Assembly (NCBI GenBank): GCA_021786105.1
Contig: JAJYNW010000005.1
Span: forward strand, 52,537-116,536
Length of the DNA stretch: 64,000 bases
DNA from: a bacterium
Lineage (GTDB): Bacteria; Patescibacteriota; Microgenomatia; Daviesbacterales; UBA10151
Direction of reading: 5' to 3'
Positions within the stretch are counted from its first letter, which is position 1. Each line of letters starts with the position of its first letter. The notes under the pieces are model-generated. The model did no database searches and was not told the origin of the DNA. It was given only the letters and a program-made list of their open reading frames with translations. The translations under genes and the position numbers were made by a program. This document shows positions 57,689 to 64,000 of the stretch, one piece after another.

Positions 57689-58421
57689 AGGTCAATTTAT
57701 TAACTTTTCTCATCAATATAAGCTCGATCCAGAGCAAAGTTAGTTCTTTAAACGTAGAGAGTAAACGGCTGGGGTGAAAAAATTGTGAGTGGCCAAACCT
57801 TCTTTCGTAGTGATGTACTGAAACCTGACGATATTTCGCGCCTGCTTTTTGGGCTTTCTTCACAAGTTCCACGCATATAGATCCACTATTACTTCTTAGG
57901 TTAACTTTGCTAAGTAGACTTCTCCTGATTAGTCTAAAATCGCAATCTACATCATAAGTCGGGAGCCAAAACATCCAGCGGGTAACGAAAGAGTATAAAT
58001 TCCCAATAAGAATTCTATAAGTCGCGTCTTGCCGGGCCATTTTAATGCCGTTAACGAAATTTACATCATCGGTCATGAGAGTAAAGAGTATGGGGAGTTC
58101 TTTGACATCATACTGACCGTCACCATCAGTATAAAAAATTAAATCCTTGGTCGCAGTCTTAAAACCTGTTCTCAATGCTCCGCCATATCCTTGATTATGG
58201 GTATGAAAAACTGGTTTGAAATGAGGGTATTTCAGAGCCAACTTTTTTAATATTTCAGGACTGTTGTCTTTCGAACCGTCATCAACAACTATAACTTCAA
58301 AGTCATGAGTTAAAAGGCTTGCGGTTTCAATTGCATTTTCAACTAACTTTCCGATACTCTTTCCATCGTTATAACAAGGGAAGAAGATAGAGAGACTTGG
58401 TTTTCTTGTTGGGTTAGCCAT
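57606..58421 (-). CDS. GT2 polyprenyl-phosphate sugar synthase (DPM1/GtrB-like)
   Basis: LSIFFPCYNDGKSI, VIVVDDGSKDNS, GYGGALRTGF and YTDGDGQYD motifs. The basic low-complexity C-terminal tail is encoded antisense to the 3' end of the methyltransferase gene. Confidence 0.75.
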   Translation of the reverse strand: MANPTRKPSLSIFFPCYNDGKSIGKLVENAIETASLLTHDFEVIVVDDGSKDNSPEILKKLALKYPHFKPVFHTHNQGYGGALRTGFKTATKDLIFYTDGDGQYDVKELPILFTLMTDDVNFVNGIKMARQDATYRILIGNLYSFVTRWMFWLPTYDVDCDFRLIRRSLLSKVNLRSNSGSICVELVKKAQKAGAKYRQVSVHHYERRFGHSQFFHPSRLLSTFKELTLLWIELILMRKVNKLTSTLLRKKQYNGTCRKSPAPKKSLDLRS

Positions 58422-58427
58422 ACCTAA

Positions 58428-59366
58428 TTAAATTACTTTTTTAATAAAAGAGGAATAGTCAGATTTCCCTTTAGAGTGAACTAACATTTCTGCAAGAAGT
58501 CCAGTGGAAATAAATTGGATTCCGATAACCATCAGCAATATTCCTAGGAATAACAATGGTTGCCGGTATTGGATGGTTCCTGTTGTTATCCTTAGATAAG
58601 AAATATAGAGACCGATTAAGAATCCCAAAAAGAATGATATTAAACCAAAAGTTCCGAAGAAATGACCAGGTCTGCGAGTATAACCAGTGAGGAATATAAT
58701 TGTCAGGAGGTCTAAGATTCCCTTAATTCCTCTACTCCAGCCAAATTTAGTTTTACCGTATTTCCGCGCTCGGTGTTCGACTATCACTTCCCCGACTCTA
58801 AAATTTTGTTTAGCGGCAATGATAGGAATAAAGCGATAAAGTTCGCCATAAAGGTTAAGGTTATCGATCAGTTCTCTCCGGTAAGCTTTAAAACCGCAAT
58901 TGGTGTCATGTATCTTAATTCCTGTAAGCCTGCGGGTTAGGAAGTTAATAATTCGGGAAGGAATGACTTTCCCGATTGAAGGATCGTGGCGATTCTTTTT
59001 CCACCCTGACACCAGATCGTAACCTTCTTCAATCATATTAATAAACGAGGGGATTTCCTTAGGGTTGTCTTGGAGGTCAGCGTCTAAAGTGAAGATTATT
59101 TTACCTTCAGCATGATCAAAACCGACTTGGAGAGCAGCAGATTTACCAAAATTTCCTCGGAACCTAATAACTTTTACATTCCTATCATTTTGGTGAATTT
59201 TTTCCATAACCTGGAAAGTTTTATCAGTAGATCCGTCATCAATGAAAATAATTTCGTAGGTTTTCTTAAGTTGTTTGACGACCTCGAGGATTTCGGTATA
59301 GAGGATCTCTATGGAATCTTCTTCGTTTTTTGCTGGTATAATAAAGGACAACTCACAGCTTTTCAT
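58428..59366 (-). CDS. GT2 polyprenyl-phosphate glycosyltransferase, GtrB/ArnC-like with two C-terminal TM helices
   Basis: LSFIIPAKNEEDSI, IIFIDDGSTDKT, LDADLQDNP and CGFKAYRRE motifs, plus C-terminal hydrophobic helices (LLTIIFLTGY ... FLGILLMVIGIQF), the classic GtrB/ArnC architecture. Confidence 0.8.
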   Translation of the reverse strand: MKSCELSFIIPAKNEEDSIEILYTEILEVVKQLKKTYEIIFIDDGSTDKTFQVMEKIHQNDRNVKVIRFRGNFGKSAALQVGFDHAEGKIIFTLDADLQDNPKEIPSFINMIEEGYDLVSGWKKNRHDPSIGKVIPSRIINFLTRRLTGIKIHDTNCGFKAYRRELIDNLNLYGELYRFIPIIAAKQNFRVGEVIVEHRARKYGKTKFGWSRGIKGILDLLTIIFLTGYTRRPGHFFGTFGLISFFLGFLIGLYISYLRITTGTIQYRQPLLFLGILLMVIGIQFISTGLLAEMLVHSKGKSDYSSFIKKVI

Positions 59367-59422
59367 AAGATTGTTTCTTTATGCCTAATATCATATCATT
59401 ACAGGTGTGTAAAGTACATTAG

Positions 59423-60451
59423 ATGAAAGCGACCAAGCCACAAAATCCCAAGATTTCCGTTATCATGCCCACTCTTAATTCACAGAGAACTTTAAGGCTT
59501 TGTCTTAGTTCCATTGCTAACCAAAAATATTCAGGGGAAGTAGAAATTATAGTAGCCGACGGAGGCAGTACCGACGAAACTCTTAAGATTGCTAAGGAAT
59601 TTCAAGCTAAGATTTATAAAAATATCTTAAAGACCGCGGAAGCAGGTAAGGCTGTGGGAGCCAAGTATGCAACTGGCGGAATATTAGCTTTTATTGATTC
59701 GGATAATATTTTGCCTGAAGATGATTGGTTTGAAAAAATGATCCAACCATTTAAAGAAGATAGCAGTATTGTGGCTTCAGAACCGCTTTATTTTACTTAT
59801 AGAAAAGACGACCATTGGTTAACAAGATATTTTGCGCTCTTGGGTATGGGTGATCCTTTAAGCCTATTTATTGGGTACTATGATAGGTATAGTTACATTT
59901 CAAATAGATGGACAGATTTGGATATAAAGTACAAGGAGAATAAAGATTACTTAGTACTTTCCTTGGATAAAGTGGACCTAACTATTGGTGCAAACGGTTT
60001 TTTAATGAAGAAAGACGAACTTAAGAAATATCCAATTAAAGATTATTTGTTTGACATAGATGTTTTAAAATTTTTAGCTAAAGAAAAGCCAATAAAAGTA
60101 GCAAAGGTAAAGACTGGAGTTGTACATTTATTCAGTGGAAATATTTCGACATTTATTAGGAAACAAAGGCGGCGCGTTAAGGACTTTTTGTATTTTCAAA
60201 GTAATGGCATGAGAGTTCAGAAGATCCAAGATTCAATCGTCTTTTGGGGTGTTTTAAAATTTGCTTTAGCCAGTGTGACAATTTTTCCATTAATTTTCCA
60301 AACCCTAAGCGGATTTTTGAGAAAAAGAGACGTCGCATTATTTTTTCACCCCTTAGCTTGCTGGTTAACTCTTTGGACGTATGGCACAGAATCCTTAAAA
60401 TCCTGGATTACTCCCATTGAACAATTAGATAGAAAGAAATGGAGTCAATGA
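59423..60451 (+). CDS. GT2 glycosyltransferase
   Basis: ISVIMPTLNSQRTL, IIVADGGSTDET and IDSDN (DxD) motifs, with a C-terminal region containing one or two hydrophobic helices. Confidence 0.7.
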   Translation: MKATKPQNPKISVIMPTLNSQRTLRLCLSSIANQKYSGEVEIIVADGGSTDETLKIAKEFQAKIYKNILKTAEAGKAVGAKYATGGILAFIDSDNILPEDDWFEKMIQPFKEDSSIVASEPLYFTYRKDDHWLTRYFALLGMGDPLSLFIGYYDRYSYISNRWTDLDIKYKENKDYLVLSLDKVDLTIGANGFLMKKDELKKYPIKDYLFDIDVLKFLAKEKPIKVAKVKTGVVHLFSGNISTFIRKQRRRVKDFLYFQSNGMRVQKIQDSIVFWGVLKFALASVTIFPLIFQTLSGFLRKRDVALFFHPLACWLTLWTYGTESLKSWITPIEQLDRKKWSQ

Positions 60452-61497
60452 ATTCGAAGTTCCCCCTGGTTTCTGTCATCATTGTTAACTGGAATGGTGG
60501 AAAGGTTTTTGATGATTGTCTAAAAACATTATCCAAAATTGATTATCCTAATTGGGAATTGATTGTGGTGGATAATGCTTCAACTGATAAAAGCGAAGAT
60601 CTGCCTGCAAAGTATAAGCAGATCAAATCGATACAATACATTAAAAATGAAAAGAACTTGGGTTTTGCTCCAGCTAATAATCAAGGATTAAAACTGGCAA
60701 AAGGAGAGTTTGTTTTACTTTTAAATAATGACACTAAAGTAACTCCTGAATTTCTTTCCGAATTAGTCGGTAGATTAATGCAGGATCCTAAAATTGCAGT
60801 GATCCAGCCTAAAATATTTCTTTATGACAACCCGGGATATTTGGATAACGCTGGGTCATATCTTACGAAGATTGGATTTTTGAAACATTGGGGTTTCATG
60901 AAAAAAGATGGACCGGAGTTTAATCAGGAAACAGAGATTTTCTCAGCAAAAGGTGCTTGTATGCTTATTAGGAAATCAGCAATTTTAAAAGCGGAAGGGT
61001 TATTTGATGAGGAATTCTTTTCATATTTTGAAGAGAGCGATTTTTGTTGGAGGATTTGGTTAAGTGGATATAAAATTATCTACTATCCTCAAGCAGTTAT
61101 CTATCATAAATTGGGATATACTATCCGTCGATTAAATGTGGTCAAGCTAAACTACCATTACTATAAGAATAGAATTTGCTCTTTAATTAAGAATCTAGAA
61201 TTTAGAAACTTATTATTCATCGGAACCGTTCATTTATTTATATCATTAGGAATTATTACTGCATTTCTCGTGACATTTAAGTTCCACAATGCTTCTATGG
61301 TAGCAAAGGGTATAATTTGGAATTTATTGAATTTGCCGAAAACTTTACAAAAAAGGAGAGATATTCAAAAGAGGAGAAAGGTATCCGATAAAGAAATTTT
61401 TAATCGCCTTGGAAAATCAATTGAGTGGTTTAAGTACTTGGAAGATTTCCGCCGTGTAAGCAAAGATACGGAAAGAAAAGTGGTCTCCACAGTTTAG
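60439..61497 (+). CDS. GT2 glycosyltransferase, WbbL/RfbF-like, with C-terminal TM region
   Basis: VSVIIVNWNGG, VVDNASTD, NLGFAPANNQG and YFEESDFCWRIWLSGY motifs; C-terminal hydrophobic helices. Confidence 0.75.
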   Translation: MESMNSKFPLVSVIIVNWNGGKVFDDCLKTLSKIDYPNWELIVVDNASTDKSEDLPAKYKQIKSIQYIKNEKNLGFAPANNQGLKLAKGEFVLLLNNDTKVTPEFLSELVGRLMQDPKIAVIQPKIFLYDNPGYLDNAGSYLTKIGFLKHWGFMKKDGPEFNQETEIFSAKGACMLIRKSAILKAEGLFDEEFFSYFEESDFCWRIWLSGYKIIYYPQAVIYHKLGYTIRRLNVVKLNYHYYKNRICSLIKNLEFRNLLFIGTVHLFISLGIITAFLVTFKFHNASMVAKGIIWNLLNLPKTLQKRRDIQKRRKVSDKEIFNRLGKSIEWFKYLEDFRRVSKDTERKVVSTV

Positions 61498-61498
61498 A

Positions 61499-63784
61499 AT
61501 GAAGAAAATTGCTCACTTAATTTACAGTTGGATCCAGGAAAATAAGTTATTGGCTGGGATTTTGGCGATTGCTGCTTTGTTGCGATTTATAGGCGTCTAT
61601 CCGGGCTATCCTCCAACTCATCCAGATGAAACATATATCTATGGACATGCACTGCAAATGATCAAGAACTTAAACATTGATCCTACCAGGTATGACTACC
61701 CGGCATTTATTCCCTTAATTCATGCGATGTTGTATATGTTAATCTTTAACCCGGTTTTTATAGTCTACAGTTTCATTTTTTCTCCTGATAATCTGCCTGT
61801 TTTTAGGAATGTACTCTTTTTTTATCAGCATGTGCCTCTATATAATCAACAAACTGCTGCTATTTTTTGGGGACGGGCAATTACTGCTGCGTTTAGTTTG
61901 GGAACTGTCTATTTAGTTTTTCAAGTTGGTAAAAAATACTTTAATTACTACACAGGAATTGCGGCAGCGTTGTTAACTGCAGTGAATTTTAGAGAGGTAT
62001 TAAACAGCCATATTGGCTTACCGGATGTCTATAACGCTTTTTTCTTACTCTTGTGTTTCTACTTTTTTAAACAATTATTAGAAAGTCCGAATAAGAAGAA
62101 TTACTTTTTAAGCGGTATCTCATTGGCATTCTTTTTCTCTACAAAGTCTCAAGTCTTTCCTATACTAACATTTTTCTTGGTCCATCTAATTGCTGTCTGG
62201 CCAAAGAAAATACAAGGGAATCTAAGAGCATTAATAAGGGGATTGTTTAAAAAAGATTTTATCATAGCTGCCTTAATTTCCCCAATTTTCTATCTAATAA
62301 TTAACGTTTACCAATTTATCCATTGGGATAAATTTTATGCAAGCAACTATTACACTACATTGCAATATCGTTTTGGAATAAATAACTTGGATTTTTATCC
62401 CATTTCCTACATGTATCATATTGGGATTGGAGGAATAATTCTAATGCTTATTCCAGTTGGTTTAATATTAGGTTTCTGGAGATTTAGATTACAAACAAGC
62501 TTGCTTTCATCTGTGCTAATTCCATTTTTAATTGTTTTTCTTTATTACAGTAATGGAGGCTTTTACATTCGTAATTTTGTAACAGTTATTCCTCTGTTAT
62601 TAATTTTTGCAAGTGTTGCTATAAGTGAAATCTTCACTGTTGTAAGCAGGATTCTAATACTTAATTCTAAAGTAACGACATTACTCATAATTGTTGCAGT
62701 AATGGTTCTTTCTGCCCAACAAATCAGAGATTCGTTTATTAATACGCTTAGCTTTACGAGGCCATGGGCAATGACTGAGGCCAGAATGTGGGTTGAGAGA
62801 AATGTTCCGAACGGAGAAACAATTGCTGTTAGGCAATTTGACAAATTTTCAAAAGGTAAAAATTTTAAACGAGTAGCTTTTGGAATGGATAACGTTTTTT
62901 CTTTAGCCGAGATGCAGGAAGAGAGGGCCTCTTATGGGTACATATCTTTAGATGAGCTCTCAAATAATTTTTACTGGTGGATGAGGACAATGTCAGACGA
63001 ATCAATAAAATATTGGAATAAGGAAAATGCCGACTCAATCTCTCAAAACATGTATCCCGCCGTTGCCTCATCAGAGCTGGCCTCTTGGGCGGTGGCTGCA
63101 TATATTAAACCATGGCAAGCTCCTGATTCGAGTTTCTTTATCGTTCGGGTTCCTGATGTATTAAGTTTAGGTAACAAAAAATTAATTGCAGAATTCCCTT
63201 TTAATGATTCACGCAGTTTATCTTCCTGGAGTTTGGTAAATGGTTGGGATAAGGATGTTAAAAATATTAACTGGGATGGTAATTTGGGTTATGACAAGAA
63301 AGGATCGTTACGATTAGTAAGATCAGGCGCTTATCCTTCGGTAATTCGGGCTGTTTCACCGGCAATTTCGGTAGTGAGTAACGGTAATCAGATAAAGGCT
63401 TACGAGGTTGCGGCTTGGATGAAAACAGGAGATAGTTTGGCAAAGAAAGTTCGTGATGGATATATAAGGGTTGATTTTTATGAAAATGATCCTGGCAAAA
63501 TTACACTTACAACCGGAAGTTTGTACACTGCTTTATCATCCAGAGTTTATGGAACATCAGATTGGGTGGAGAAAAGAGTTACTGTGGTTCCTCCTGTGAA
63601 TTCTAAATTTATGACTGTGAGCTTAGAAATGCAGGGCCAGGGGGGGACGGATATATGGGCTGATGATGTAAGTATTTTTGAGTCAGAGAAATTTTTCTCG
63701 GATCCTAGGGTTCAGAAACCATACCTAAACTATTATAAAATCCCCAAAAACGTTTTATTCCCCGTGAGTCATGGCAATCTTTAG
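61499..63784 (+). CDS. GT-C-fold membrane glycosyltransferase (ArnT-like) with C-terminal CBM_4_9-like carbohydrate-binding domain
   Basis: PPTHPDETYIYGHALQ (DE loop) and a multi-TM core. The last ~200 aa form a beta-rich domain ending IWADDVSIFE, similar to CBM4/9/22-type modules. Confidence 0.6.
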   Translation: MKKIAHLIYSWIQENKLLAGILAIAALLRFIGVYPGYPPTHPDETYIYGHALQMIKNLNIDPTRYDYPAFIPLIHAMLYMLIFNPVFIVYSFIFSPDNLPVFRNVLFFYQHVPLYNQQTAAIFWGRAITAAFSLGTVYLVFQVGKKYFNYYTGIAAALLTAVNFREVLNSHIGLPDVYNAFFLLLCFYFFKQLLESPNKKNYFLSGISLAFFFSTKSQVFPILTFFLVHLIAVWPKKIQGNLRALIRGLFKKDFIIAALISPIFYLIINVYQFIHWDKFYASNYYTTLQYRFGINNLDFYPISYMYHIGIGGIILMLIPVGLILGFWRFRLQTSLLSSVLIPFLIVFLYYSNGGFYIRNFVTVIPLLLIFASVAISEIFTVVSRILILNSKVTTLLIIVAVMVLSAQQIRDSFINTLSFTRPWAMTEARMWVERNVPNGETIAVRQFDKFSKGKNFKRVAFGMDNVFSLAEMQEERASYGYISLDELSNNFYWWMRTMSDESIKYWNKENADSISQNMYPAVASSELASWAVAAYIKPWQAPDSSFFIVRVPDVLSLGNKKLIAEFPFNDSRSLSSWSLVNGWDKDVKNINWDGNLGYDKKGSLRLVRSGAYPSVIRAVSPAISVVSNGNQIKAYEVAAWMKTGDSLAKKVRDGYIRVDFYENDPGKITLTTGSLYTALSSRVYGTSDWVEKRVTVVPPVNSKFMTVSLEMQGQGGTDIWADDVSIFESEKFFSDPRVQKPYLNYYKIPKNVLFPVSHGNL

Positions 63785-63789
63785 ATTAA

Positions 63790-64000
63790 TCATTTAACAA
63801 CGGATTGACCCATGTTTACTTCTACCCATCTGATAAACGGGAATTGTTTGGAAAAAAGCCAAAACTTTTCGGATTCCAAGATTGCGTCGGGACGTTTTGA
63901 CTTGCTGGAGGGAACTACTGAAGAATTATAGTGGATACCGGGTCTATCTGCGGTTCGCGACCAGCCAGCGAATTTTTCGGCAGGCATTTTGTATTTATCG
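63790..64000 (-). CDS. 3' end of an unidentified CDS continuing beyond the window edge
   Basis: The minus-strand frame is open from 64000 down to a stop at 63790; no recognisable motif. Confidence 0.25.
   Translation of the reverse strand, partial: DKYKMPAEKFAGWSRTADRPGIHYNSSVVPSSKSKRPDAILESEKFWLFSKQFPFIRWVEVNMGQSVVK

Noticed and set aside
1-64000. CRISPR arrays, rRNA or tRNA genes, transposases, integrases, phage genes
   Set aside because: No regularly spaced direct repeats, no rRNA-like conserved blocks, and no ORF with recombinase or transposase motifs. Intergenic space is under 150 nt everywhere.
1-64000. Alternative genetic code (UGA recoding as in some CPR lineages)
   Set aside because: TGA terminates several well-delimited genes (for example at 682..684 and 30361..30363) exactly where ATGA start-stop overlaps occur; long ORFs are intact under code 11.

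Overview
This 64 kb window is an AT-rich (mid-30s % GC by eye), extremely gene-dense bacterial segment read with the standard code: TGA is used as a stop, GGAGG-type Shine-Dalgarno sequences are visible, and several starts are GTG. About 50 tightly packed genes are present, often overlapping by 4 nt, in 10 strand blocks with intergenic gaps under 150 nt; no rRNA, tRNA, CRISPR array, transposase, integrase or phage gene was seen. Nearly every gene is cell-envelope glycan machinery: roughly 20 polytopic GT-C-fold membrane glycosyltransferases (ArnT/PMT-like, YfhO-like, PIG-V-like, DUF2029/GT87-like and one family I cannot place), 13 GT2 enzymes (several DPM1/GtrB/ArnC-like polyprenyl-phosphate sugar synthases), four GT4 enzymes, five candidate lipid-linked-sugar flippases (two Wzx/PST-like, one GtrA-like fusion, one LPG_synthase_TM-like, one ~83 aa 3-TM protein), an MBOAT plus SGNH/DHHW-like O-acylation pair, two SAM methyltransferases, an SDR epimerase/dehydratase, a TPR-like protein and a possible hydrolase. 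The content and compact, paralog-rich architecture resemble surface-glycosylation islands of ultra-small Candidate Phyla Radiation bacteria; this lineage assignment is inference. Candidate novelties are the scale of tandem GtrA/B/C-like triads, an unrecognised GT-C-like family with a HGHDG-x-WH motif (once fused to a large secreted ectodomain), a 15-bp palindromic operator-like motif found at identical spacing upstream of two genes, a structured leader with alternative pairings in front of a flippase gene, and systematic convergent gene overlaps without terminators. All protein-family calls are by-eye motif recognition and need HMM/structure confirmation.
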